A DNA stretch of 64,000 nucleotides from an uncultured bacterium (lineage in GTDB: Bacteria; CSSED10-310; CAZUFC01): positions 1 to 64,000 of the forward strand of contig CAZUFC010000029.1 in assembly GCA_964619725.1 (NCBI GenBank). The letters run 5' to 3'. Shown here piece after piece: positions 1 to 8,924 of this stretch. A model generated the notes under the pieces. That model searched no databases, had not been told where the DNA came from, and worked only from the letters and a program-made list of their open reading frames with translations. The number at the start of each line of letters is the position of its first letter. The first letter of the stretch is position 1. Position numbers and translations under genes: made by a program.

Positions 1-116
1 AATGGGCGGCATCTTTAAACCGGAATCGCCGGCATCTTTGGTCCAGAATATACAGAATTGCATATAATTGCGGGAATCAATTCGCTTGTTAAGCATACCG
101 AGTCGAAGATGCGAAA

Positions 117-454
117 ATGAAAGAAGCGCCTATGTTCATCGATACGTATGAATTTTGTATGTGGATACTGAAAAACATGTCGAACAAAAGGAATATTGTC
201 GACAATTATCTTACAAAAAAGATATCTGTCATGACCATAGAATTGATGGAACATATGACTCCGGCAGTGAAAGGATACAACGTTGAGGAAAATGCGGTCA
301 TTACGGATGAAAAACCGCCGTGCTGAGTGTTCATTTAAGAATGGAGATGGATATGGAGGAATTTGAGTTAAAACGTTATAAGCATGATGTTTCCATGATA
401 AATAATATCGGCCGTCAACTCGGCGGCTGGTTGAAAAGAATAAAAAATGTTTGA
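117..454 (+). pseudogene. avd: DGR accessory variability determinant (Avd-like four-helix bundle), split by a -1 frameshift
   Basis: ORF 117-326 (MKEAPMFIDTYEFCMWIL...) stops early. One extra A in the GAAAAAC run near 308-314 continues it as TAVLSVHLRM...INNIGRQLGGWLKRIKNV* (stop 452-454). IGRxLGGW is the typical Avd C-terminal motif, and a template repeat follows. Confidence 0.8.
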
Positions 455-491
455 GATAAAGGGCGCTGCCGGAAAAAGCTGCGGTCCTGTT

Positions 492-620
492 CGGCCGTTG
501 CGCGGCGGGAGTTTCGACAACGATGTCGACAACCTCGACGTTCGTAACCGTAACTGTAACGATGCCGCTAATCGTAACGACAATGTCGGCTTTCGTGTGT
601 GTCGTGTTCGCCGCCGCCGC
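492..620 (+). ncRNA. DGR template repeat (TR) for a C-type-lectin/FGE-sulfatase-type variable region
   Basis: Translates as RPLRGGSFDNDVDNLDVRNRNCNDAANRNDNVGFRVCR (RGGS...GFR pattern) with 6 AAC and 2 AAT codons. The scaffold codons are almost A-free and the 3' end is GC-only (CGCCGCCGCCGC). Lies directly after avd. Confidence 0.8.
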
Positions 621-755
621 AATACGGTTTATTTTTTTTAACGCAATACGAGACTGTGACGTGACGAAATCGAAAAACGTATCGAAAAAAAAATGTAAAA
701 CGTACAGGCAGCGTCCTGGTACGGGTCATTAAAGACTCGATGCTAAATACCCTTA

Positions 756-798
756 GCCCGTCCGTTCCAGTAGACTTTGGTCGACCGTCCGGACGGGC
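756..798 (+). other. Hairpin in the TR-downstream spacer
   Basis: GCCCGTCCG (756-764) and CGGACGGGC (790-798) form a perfect 9-bp stem, where the structured DGR spacer normally precedes the RT gene. Confidence 0.55.
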
Positions 799-817
799 AT
801 TCCTTGTTTTATATGCC

Positions 818-1293
818 GGCATTGATCAAAAATGCGTCTATTGAGCTGAAGATTTTTCCGAATATCCCATCATTTTGTTTGGATGTCGATCCCGATCCCG
901 CCCCCGATGTCGACCCCGATACCGATCCCGACCCCGATGTCGATCCCGATTTATATCCCGACCCCGATGTCGATCCCGATTTCGATCCCGACCCCGATTT
1001 CGATCCCAACCCCGATTTCGATCCCGATCCCGATCCCGATCCCGACCCCGATCCCGATCCCGACCCCGATTTCGATCGCGACCCCGATCCCGATGTCGAT
1101 CCCGATCCCGATACCGACCCCGATCCCGATCCCGACCCCGATCCCGATACCAATACTGAAATAAACGGCCCTCGGAGGAAAAAACAGCGGTGAATTCGTC
1201 AAACAGATAGTTGTGAGCAAGTATCCTTTTTGAATGGGGATTTCAATCAGTAAAAGGTTTTATGAGAAAGTGCAGCCCGGTATGAGTAGTCCC
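818..1293. mobile_element. MITE-like repeat family B copy with an expanded hexamer array
   Basis: Begins GGCATTGATCAAAAATGCGTC and ends with a degenerate TGATCAGTCCC. The same segments recur near 8546, 26815, 28458, 59940, 60550 (reverse) and 63255. Confidence 0.6.
883..1150. repeat. Degenerate hexamer tandem array (GATCCC/GACCCC/GATACC)
   Basis: About 45 imperfect 6-bp units are directly visible. Confidence 0.95.
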
Positions 1294-1369
1294 AAAATTC
1301 AGTTTCTTTTCGAGAGGTTTAATTTTCAGATGATGGTTTTTGTGACTACAAAGCATTTTATATTCCAGT

Positions 1370-1668
1370 CGTCCCTTCCGTCCCTTTGGTCCCTTAGGTC
1401 CCTTCGTCCCTTTGTCCCTTCGCATCAAGGCCCAAACCCGAATTCAATCAAAGCGTAGTAGCCCCCGATATCGTTCATTTCTTCGTTCAGCGCGGCGACC
1501 CATAATTTCAGTCACTGGATTTCGTTTCGGCCTATATCGGGCCAGGTGAATTCGTTTAGAATGGTAATTTCCGCGTTCCCCGTTCAAACTTTGCCCTGTC
1601 GAAATCCATTTTTAAAGGGACAAAGGGACCAAAGGGACCTAAGGGACGGAAGGGACGGAAGGGACGAC
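1370..1668. repeat. Inverted pair of 9-mer arrays, (GTCCCTTNG)n at 1370-1421 and (AAGGGACNN)n at 1615-1668
   Basis: Directly visible. The same 9-mer array also occurs at about 27312-27372 and 60444-60510. Confidence 0.85.
1425..1590 (-). pseudogene. 3' fragment of a gene carrying the same C-terminal domain as the 795-aa secreted protein
   Basis: Reverse translation ITILNEFTWPDIGRNEIQ*LKLWVAALNEEMNDIGGYYALIEFGFGP* aligns with LNVISPFVWPDTGTESLTGLFFHGAMLNETLDSIVGHYASVEWGYGPF. It has one internal stop and no 5' part. Confidence 0.7.
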
Positions 1669-1769
1669 AGAATTCATTTTGTATGCTTCAGAAATTTCAG
1701 CGCTGCTCCGATATCCTTGTTTCCAGGTTACATTTTTTTTGCAGACTTGAATAATTGTGGAGCTTTTAA

Positions 1770-2032
1770 AATATGATAAAGACAAAACATATCTCCTTGC
1801 AATTACGTATTTCGATTGCGATACCGATACCGCCTTCCCTGGCAAGCTTACAATTACACACGCTTGACACAAGAGTTCGATTGGCTCGATTCTGTACGTT
1901 TGATTTACCATTGCGATGCCGATACCGACCCGGATTCCCGACAGAGGCTGCTTGGGAGCAAAAATAATTGACTGCCGAAATCAGACAGTCAAACGTTTTG
2001 AAAAGAGAGTATAACCCAGGTTTGACCAGTCC
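1770..2032. repeat. Partial family B repeat
   Basis: 1846-1930 matches the reverse complement of about 63388-63475. It ends ...AAACGTTTTGAAAAGAGAGTATAACCCAGGTTTGACCAGTCC, like other family B copies. Confidence 0.7.
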
Positions 2033-2173
2033 AGAAGAATCTGCCGTATCAGGTCGGAGCGTTCCGGCATCGATGACTTGACATGCGGAGCAATGCAGGG
2101 TAATGGATAAGAATGAACCGGCATTGCATTTTGTTATTGTTTTCATAAGGCCTCAAAAAGGAATCAAGGCGTA

Positions 2174-2698
2174 ATGTACGGAAAACGTTTGTCCCGGGAT
2201 GCTTTAATACAGTTATTTCTCTGCAGTCTATTCGTTCTGCACGTCGTCATCAGATTCAGCGGCAGCGATATGACGGACGATGCTTTCATCAGATTCAGAT
2301 ATTGCATTAATCTGGCTCAGGGCAATGGACTGGTATTCAATGCAGGGGAACATACGGAAGGATATTCCAATCTGTTGTGGATATTGATTCTTTATCCTTT
2401 TGCAAAGATGGGTATGGATTTGGCTGCTGTCGCCGGCATAGGGTTTGATATTCCCATGAGAGTCGCCATTTACGATCATGAAGCGCTAAATAAGCGCTAT
2501 CGGTTTTGGGGACGGCTTTTGATGAATTTCCCGGAGAATCCGCAATATGTCCGTGAGGGCGAAACGGTTTTGGTTTACGGCAGGCGCGACCTGACGGAGC
2601 CTGAAAATTTGGAGCAAACAGGTTTTTTTCCTTCGGAAACAATTAATCTAAAAGGGTCCGTATCCCCATTCGACAGAGGCGTAATGTCCGACGATTGA
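2174..2698 (+). pseudogene. Internally deleted GT-C-type membrane glycosyltransferase-like gene
   Basis: The N-terminal helix plus DDAFIRFRY..NL..GNGLVFNAGE..EGYSNLLW is typical of much longer polytopic GT-C proteins. Here only 174 aa remain. Confidence 0.55.
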
Positions 2699-5035
2699 AT
2701 CGAGAGTTTCGTTCAGCATGGCGCCGTGGAAGAAGAGTCCCGTCAGGCTTTCCGTTCCCGTATCGGGCCATACGAAGGGTGATATTACGTTCAGGGTTGA
2801 TGTGCCTGGCGGGATATCCAGGACCTGGAAGTCTATGTCCGGTCGGCCGGGCGGATCGTACAAAGTCCAGGAGGGCCAGAAAAAGTAATTCCGGTAGATA
2901 TCCAGAATAAAGAATACGGGAACCTGGGGCATGAATGTTCCGTCATTGTCCAGGTATCCCTTAAGTTGGAATTCTTCTCCTGGATGCACATAATCGCCGG
3001 ATATTTCAAGGCGGACGCCTGTGGGATGCGTCACGGCAGGCGTCGGCGTCGGGATCGGGGTCATTTCTGCGAATATGCCGGCGCTCAGGTTATAAAATGT
3101 TCCCCCTGCAGACGTTTCCAGTTTCAGGCTTCTTACCATGTATACGTTACGACCCGGCAGGGGATCGGGATCGAAATAACTCGCGTTTTCTGCGGGTTGA
3201 TCATTGATGCGTTCAAAAGAATCGTATATGCTGGATGCCCTGTATATATAATATCCCTGGCCGGCATCGGGCGACGGAGCCCAGGTCAACCTTACGCCGT
3301 TGTTTTCAGGATGCGCCTGCAGACCGGACGGGGGAGCGACGACATGCATTTTAAGCGTCGGATCGCCCATCAGGGCGATGTATATCTGTCTTTGTCCGTC
3401 GCTTACGGTATATTCGTAATTGTTGTTCTGGGATAAACGCGTACTGTAACCGATCGTACGGCCGAGGGCCATGTGGTGGAGATGCCATGAAGGACGGTTC
3501 GCCCAGAAGGAAGCCAGGGCCAGGCCGTTTGATGCGAGGGGAGCGCGCAGGAAGTTGTTCGGTTTGTCCCAGTCGCCGAAGTAACTGCCGTAAAGGCAGG
3601 TGAATACGGTTTGAACGTTCTTTTCGGCAAAATCCCAGGTCGTTCCTACGCCGGCGCAGGAGGTATTGCTGCCTCCGCCGCAACCATAGGACCACAGGTA
3701 ATTTTCCTGTTCAAGCGTACTGAAATAGTCCAGTTCAAATACGGCCCCGGAGCCGCACAGCGCCGTAAAATTCCGCCAGCCGAAAGCGGCGAATGCCAGA
3801 CCGTAATACTCGCCGACATTGTCATCTATGAGTCCCCGTTTTATGGTTGCGACTTCCGCACGTCGAAAGGCAGTATTCCTGTCCAGATATTGTCTTAAAA
3901 GATCGAACTCATCCCCCGAAAATGCCGGCATATCGCTTAAATCCACTCGTCCCACCTGCAATTCGACTTCAGAGGGGAGAAAAGTCTGATCGAATTTTCC
4001 GTCGCCCGGCACGTTGTGATTTTCCGGCCAGAAGGCTGTTGTATTGTTGACCTCGAAATCAGTCCATTCGCCGTCCAGGTCACCGTAGTATAGGTCAGCC
4101 GGCCAGGCGCCCTGATGGTTGCCGTGAACGCCGAGAAGATTCCCCGAATAGGGCGTTGGAATATCACCCAGTAAAAAGAGCGTTTCAATTCCAGGATTAT
4201 CCTGACATGCAGCCATAATCAGCGCCTTGACGTCGGGAACAGTCATACCCGCAGTCACTATTCTGCGTTCAACGCGAAAACCGTCGGCGATCATATCTTT
4301 TTCCAGTCTTTCTATAGGACCGGGCATCTGAGTGGATACCGCCTCTTCAATAAGCAGCAGTGCGCTGCCCCGGTATTCTATCGCAGGATAGCGGATGCCC
4401 GCGAAAACATGCCCGTACTTCGGTGAATCGTAGGGCCCGCCTTCGGCGAGTGTCTCTCCGCTGAAATTTTCCTTCAACGTCCAGGATGTTTCGGGCGGAA
4501 ACGCGTCAAACATTATAAAGACGACCATTTCTCCATCGTCGCCCACGATGAAAGATGTTTCTTCATAAGCGCCGAATTCGCCGCCTGCGGCATAAATCGT
4601 CCCTCCGCTTTTCACTTCATAAAATCCCAGGCCATGCTGACAGCAGATGCCGTCGCCATAGCTGTCGAAGATCGTGAATGTGACTTCTGTGCCCGGAGAA
4701 ACTTGAAGATTCTCTGATATAAAGGTCGGCGTTTTACGGAATGAATATTCGTATGCCTGGCCGACTTCAACATCATAATCAATATAGCCGGTCGCATCGC
4801 CGTTCAAAACTGTTATTGCCGGTCCCCATATCTCTTCCGATTCTGCCTTCCGGAATACACAATATTGCTGAGCATTGGGATCGCCTCGCCAGGTAAATTC
4901 AATATGAGGAGGATGCTCATATGCCGCAGCGTTGATTTCAACAGCATAATCCCGAACTTCTGCGCCTGCGGAAGAATACAGCATAAACAGCAAAATCCCT
5001 GTCAGCAAACAAGCAAATGTCGCTGCTTTTTTCAT
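2648..5035 (-). CDS. Secreted multidomain protein (FN3-like domains, gingipain/C25-like core, PT linker, C-terminal domain)
   Basis: Signal peptide; LFLLGDIP...ADLYYGDLDG...ELQVGRV C25-like motifs; VRLTW...YYIYR FN3-like segment; TPIPTPTP linker; RBS AAGGAG. Confidence 0.7.
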   Translation of the reverse strand: MKKAATFACLLTGILLFMLYSSAGAEVRDYAVEINAAAYEHPPHIEFTWRGDPNAQQYCVFRKAESEEIWGPAITVLNGDATGYIDYDVEVGQAYEYSFRKTPTFISENLQVSPGTEVTFTIFDSYGDGICCQHGLGFYEVKSGGTIYAAGGEFGAYEETSFIVGDDGEMVVFIMFDAFPPETSWTLKENFSGETLAEGGPYDSPKYGHVFAGIRYPAIEYRGSALLLIEEAVSTQMPGPIERLEKDMIADGFRVERRIVTAGMTVPDVKALIMAACQDNPGIETLFLLGDIPTPYSGNLLGVHGNHQGAWPADLYYGDLDGEWTDFEVNNTTAFWPENHNVPGDGKFDQTFLPSEVELQVGRVDLSDMPAFSGDEFDLLRQYLDRNTAFRRAEVATIKRGLIDDNVGEYYGLAFAAFGWRNFTALCGSGAVFELDYFSTLEQENYLWSYGCGGGSNTSCAGVGTTWDFAEKNVQTVFTCLYGSYFGDWDKPNNFLRAPLASNGLALASFWANRPSWHLHHMALGRTIGYSTRLSQNNNYEYTVSDGQRQIYIALMGDPTLKMHVVAPPSGLQAHPENNGVRLTWAPSPDAGQGYYIYRASSIYDSFERINDQPAENASYFDPDPLPGRNVYMVRSLKLETSAGGTFYNLSAGIFAEMTPIPTPTPAVTHPTGVRLEISGDYVHPGEEFQLKGYLDNDGTFMPQVPVFFILDIYRNYFFWPSWTLYDPPGRPDIDFQVLDIPPGTSTLNVISPFVWPDTGTESLTGLFFHGAMLNETLDSIVGHYASVEWGYGPF

Positions 5036-5516
5036 CTTTACTCCTTTGATGAAGCGGCTCCAAAAGAATTACGGTTTTCGGAGCCGTTAACTTGTTGCAA
5101 CTCTTTTCATCAGATGCCGAGTCTTATCAAACGCCCTCATAATGAAACTACAACTTATTGAAAGAAAAGTTCTATTTTGTTTGCTGTCGTGTAACTTTGA
5201 ATTCCAGGACTTTGGGAATGAAATGTCAGAGCTCCTGATTATGACGTCCTGACAGGTTTTGTATGATAAATAGGGGCTAAATCCCTTCACGAGCGGTATA
5301 CGTATCGGGATAAGCTTTACTTTATTACTTTTCAATGTGTTATCTGATGAATCGTTGTCGTTGCAGGAGTGAAGTGCGAAATGATTTTTAAATTTCGCCT
5401 GAATCGGCGTCAAGTATAAATTCGACAACGACAACGATCACGATCACGCCAACGAATACATTTTTAAATTTATTTGTTTTAAATACAATTACTTATTATT
5501 ATACCAATGACGAAGC

Positions 5517-5633
5517 CGCAGGCGGAGGGACTTTGATGACAGATATGCATAATGCTCGCAAAGCTCTGCCGGATAATAAATGCGGCTTGTCCCAAAAAAG
5601 TCCCCCCGCCTGCGGGGGGATTTAGGGGGGGCA
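5517..5633. repeat. REP/MITE-like palindromic element
   Basis: CGCAGGCGGAGGGACTTT (5517-5534) is nearly the reverse complement of AAAGTCCCCCCGCCTGCG (5597-5614), which is itself part of a CCCCCCGC-CT-GCGGGGGG hairpin. Confidence 0.6.
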
Positions 5634-5676
5634 TTCTGAAAATTTCGGAAAACGCTTTGTTCTAATTTTTTAGTTA

Positions 5677-5875
5677 GTGCCTGTCCATAAACTCGATTGT
5701 CGATTCAAAATTTAATGCTGGACAGCCACTTGGGTTTTTGATCCATAAACCGGCGAATTTTTCTTAAGGAAAGGATGGCTAGGATTTGCGAAGGAGGCGA
5801 ATTTATTGTACGTTGACTTAGCCAATACGCATCCTGACGCAGTATTAGGGAAATTCGCCGTTTATGGACAAAAAC
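5677..5875. mobile_element. 200-bp MITE family A, copy 1
   Basis: Terminal inverted repeats GTGCCTGTCCATAAAC and GTTTATGGACAAAAAC. Flanks TAGTTA and TAATTA (one mismatch). Confidence 0.8.
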
Positions 5876-5881
5876 TAATTA

Positions 5882-5933
5882 GTGCCTGTCCACGAACTTG
5901 ATCCTCGATTCAAAATTTAATGCCGGACAGTCA
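5882..5933. mobile_element. 52-bp mini form of MITE family A (left module only)
   Basis: GTGCCTGTCC...GGACAGTCAC, flanked by TAATTA and TAATGA. Confidence 0.7.
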
Positions 5934-6884
5934 CTAATGAATCAGGGATGAGCATTTCCTGTTCCAATTTTTCCTGTATTCATTAAGATCGGCTTTTCCT
6001 GCCGCATACTTTTTATGCCAGTCATTGGGGACAGGCAATGCATCGTAGAATTTTTTCCTTTCCGCTTCAAGCATCATGCGGGGTTTCCCCATAAAATCCG
6101 CTGCGCACAGTATCTTTTTTCCGGCAGTTTCTGATAACTTTTGCAGCCACCGGAGCCCTGCCCTGCAGCGCAGGAGGTGATGGTCCAGAACGACCGTTTT
6201 TATGTTTTGAGCGAGCCGGAGGGCATTTTGATGCGCTTTTTGGAGCTGGGCTTTTGATATTCTATTGGTCAGGTAGATGGGCGGTCCGTCAGAGAATACT
6301 ATGTCGGGAGCCCATTCCAGTATTATCCGGACAGCCTTATCATTCAGCAACTGGTTGTCCGAAGCGTGCACGAAGGATCGGTCAGTATCGGTTATTTTCG
6401 TCATGACGACCGTACCGAGCTTTTCCTTATCGTCGCCGTGCGGAACAGCTTCAGAAAAAGTCAACACGTCGAATTCCCGACCCTCGGCTTCGATATAATC
6501 GATTTTCAACATTCGGGATATGTCGTCGGCTCTTTTTCTTTCCAGACCGCAACGATTTGACTGTTTCCTGGTCCAGAACCGTTTATCGTTATCGAGGTCT
6601 TTAAGTTTGTTCAAAGACAACTGGTAAGGATTTGCATCAGCCAGGGGAACATGATCGCCGTGAAAATGGCTGAAGATTATATCGGTCGCCTGTTTCCACT
6701 TTTCAATGATGACCTCCTGGAGCATCTCATCCGCGGCGGCCTGGCAGGGGTGAGGCAGCAGTCCGTGACGCACATAGCCCAGGGCGATTCCGGGGTCTAT
6801 CAGGATTTTTCTGTCGCCCGTCCGAACGAAACAGCATAATCCTCTGACGCCCAGCGATTCTGTTCCGAGCAGCTCAATTTTCAT
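5934..6884 (-). CDS. MBL-fold metallo-hydrolase (UPF0282-like)
   Basis: ESLGVRG, ILIDPGIALG, SHFHGDH and LDHHLLR motifs. Likely start MKIELLG at 6884, overlapping the upstream stop. Confidence 0.85.
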   Translation of the reverse strand: MKIELLGTESLGVRGLCCFVRTGDRKILIDPGIALGYVRHGLLPHPCQAAADEMLQEVIIEKWKQATDIIFSHFHGDHVPLADANPYQLSLNKLKDLDNDKRFWTRKQSNRCGLERKRADDISRMLKIDYIEAEGREFDVLTFSEAVPHGDDKEKLGTVVMTKITDTDRSFVHASDNQLLNDKAVRIILEWAPDIVFSDGPPIYLTNRISKAQLQKAHQNALRLAQNIKTVVLDHHLLRCRAGLRWLQKLSETAGKKILCAADFMGKPRMMLEAERKKFYDALPVPNDWHKKYAAGKADLNEYRKNWNRKCSSLIH

Positions 6885-7254
6885 TTCTGTTTTTTTCCGC
6901 CCAATGACGTTCTTCTTCAAGCAGATGTTCCAGGAGGTCCTGGAATGTCCAGCCGACGTTCTGTTCGGTCAGTCCGCAGAATATGGGGCGTTCGATGTTC
7001 AGACATGACTGGAAATTCCTCATTACTTTTCCTATCTGTTCGTTGTTGAAACCGAGGAACATCAATATCTTGTTTTTTTCATCGCCGAACAGGGATGCCG
7101 GTCCCTGTTTAAGGATATCAATGATTTTTACCTGTTCTTTCTCCGTAGCGCTGAACAGGATAAGATCGTCTCCGATTAATTCACCGACGAATTTTTTTAT
7201 GTTTTCCGCGTCCTCCTGCGTATACCCGTAAAGCATTATGCCCATAGCTTCCAT
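6874..7254 (-). CDS. DUF3783-like hypothetical protein
   Basis: C-terminal PIFCGLTEQNVGWTFQDLLEHLLEEE pattern. Start placed at MEAMGIMLYGY, just after the upstream stop. Confidence 0.65.
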   Translation of the reverse strand: MEAMGIMLYGYTQEDAENIKKFVGELIGDDLILFSATEKEQVKIIDILKQGPASLFGDEKNKILMFLGFNNEQIGKVMRNFQSCLNIERPIFCGLTEQNVGWTFQDLLEHLLEEERHWAEKNRNEN

Positions 7255-7256
7255 TT

Positions 7257-7553
7257 TTAATACTCCTGTCCGTCTTTCCGGCTTTCCATCTTGTGCATTA
7301 TTTCGCGGGTCTTTCGCTCTTCCCAGTCTTGTCCCAGAAATCGTCCGAAGCCGAAAACGGAGACGCCGTGGGCGATGACGCCGATACCCCAGCCGAGAAG
7401 CGGCCATTTGAACCAATAATATTCAGGACTCGTCATAACGTTGATGATGATCATAAAGAACATCGAGAGAACGAAAACCACAAGATGAACATAGAAACCC
7501 TTGATTTCTTCGACTCTCCTTTTTGCTTTTTCATACAATTCATTTTGTTCCAT
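7257..7553 (-). CDS. 2TM-domain small membrane protein
   Basis: YEKAKRRV..IKGFYVHL...WFKWPLLGWGIG..H...WEERK pattern; RBS AAGGAG. Confidence 0.85.
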   Translation of the reverse strand: MEQNELYEKAKRRVEEIKGFYVHLVVFVLSMFFMIIINVMTSPEYYWFKWPLLGWGIGVIAHGVSVFGFGRFLGQDWEERKTREIMHKMESRKDGQEY

Positions 7554-7736
7554 TTTGACTCCTTTGCCGGAGAAGATTCAAGTTGGAGGCAGCCCTTTCC
7601 GATCATTCTCGATTGTGGAGGGGCAATTTTGAGTATATTCAAATTAAACAGTAAAATAAAGGTTGTTCGACGGGAAAAAGAAATATAGGATTGTAATGCG
7701 GAGGAATGAACAAAATGTTATGAAGGAGAAGGAGAA

Positions 7737-8423
7737 ATGGTAGATAAGGAAAAGCGGATTCGTCAGATGCTGGGATCATTATTCAAGTCGCATCCCTGGC
7801 ATGGAGTAGCGATAGGGGAGGAAGCGCCGGGAAGAATAACGGCCTATATTGAGGTGGTGCCGACCGATACGATGAAATACGAGCTGGATAAAGATACGGG
7901 ACATTTAAAAATAGACCGTCCGCAGAAGTTTTCCAATGTATGTCCCACATTGTACGGTCTGATTCCGCAAACATATTGCGGCGAAAGAACGGCCGAATTC
8001 TGTATGGAGAAAACAGGCCGCAAGGATATCGTTGGCGACAAGGACCCCCTGGATATCTGCGTTCTGACGGAGAAAACGATTACTCACGGCGATCTCCTCC
8101 TTCAGTCCAGGCCCATCGGCGGATTCCGCATGCTTGACGGCAACGAAGCGGATGATAAAATAGTAGCGGTATTACAGGACGACGCGGTTTATGGAAAGAT
8201 AAGAGAAATCGATGAATGCCCGGCCAGGATCATCAACCGGTTGAAACACTATTTTCTGACCTATAAAAACGTTCCGGGAGAAAAACCGTACCTGTGCGAG
8301 ATAACTCACATTTACGGACGCGACGAAGCTTATGAAGTGATCCAAAGAAGCCGCCGGGATTACCGGGAAAGCTTCGGTGACCTGGAAAGCGCCATAGTGA
8401 ACCTGTTGGAATGCGATGAATGA
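7737..8423 (+). CDS. ppa: Inorganic pyrophosphatase (family I)
   Basis: HPWHG, KYELDK, YGLIPQT, GDKDPLD, EADDKI and YFLTYK motifs; strong RBS. Confidence 0.93.
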   Translation: MVDKEKRIRQMLGSLFKSHPWHGVAIGEEAPGRITAYIEVVPTDTMKYELDKDTGHLKIDRPQKFSNVCPTLYGLIPQTYCGERTAEFCMEKTGRKDIVGDKDPLDICVLTEKTITHGDLLLQSRPIGGFRMLDGNEADDKIVAVLQDDAVYGKIREIDECPARIINRLKHYFLTYKNVPGEKPYLCEITHIYGRDEAYEVIQRSRRDYRESFGDLESAIVNLLECDE

Positions 8424-8545
8424 GGGATATAGCCGATAACAATTATAATTCTTGAACAGCGGCTGTTCCTACGCTCTTTCAGAGCTCACTTTACTATCGG
8501 GTTCTACCCTTTCATACAACGCGCCTTCGGCGCTTAAGAAAAAAC

Positions 8546-8912
8546 GGCATTGGGCAAAAATGCGTCTTTTGAAGTTACAATTCTTCCTAATATCCCAACA
8601 TTTCGTTCCGATTGCGATCCCGATGCCGATTCCGATCCTGACCCCGATTACTGAAACAAACTGTCTAGTGTCTGTCCACAAACTCGAATTTCGGTTCAAA
8701 ATTTGATGCTGGACAGCCACTTGGGTTTTTGATCCATAAACGGGCGAATTTATCTTAAGGCAAGGAGGACAAGGATTTACGAGGCAGGGGTAATGCTTAT
8801 GCTTTGACTGAGCAAATCTGCAGACTGACGCAGTATTGGGGAAAATTCGCCGTTTATGGACAAAAACTGTCTAGCGTTTTGAAAGAAGTGTAACTACCGT
8901 TTGATCAGTCCC
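8546..8912. mobile_element. Family B element interrupted by MITE family A
   Basis: GGCATTGGGCAAAAATGCGTC...hexamers...[family A copy]...TTTGATCAGTCCC. Confidence 0.7.
8668..8867. mobile_element. 200-bp MITE family A, copy 2
   Basis: Same terminal repeats; perfect 6-bp duplication TGTCTA at 8662-8667 and 8868-8873. Confidence 0.85.
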
Positions 8913-8924
8913 AATTTTTTTAAT

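Noticed and set aside
447-641. 64-aa ORF with an FGE-sulfatase-like C-terminus treated as a protein gene
   Set aside because: It lacks the rest of the domain, and its Asn/AAC richness and position after avd fit a template repeat better.
777-1220. Asp-Pro, Arg-Ser, Ile-Pro and Gly-Ser repeat ORFs
   Set aside because: They arise because the hexamer array lacks stops in most frames, and they lie within a dispersed non-coding repeat.
883-1668. Possible CRISPR array
   Set aside because: Units are 6 or 9 bp in tandem with no unique spacers, and there are no cas genes.
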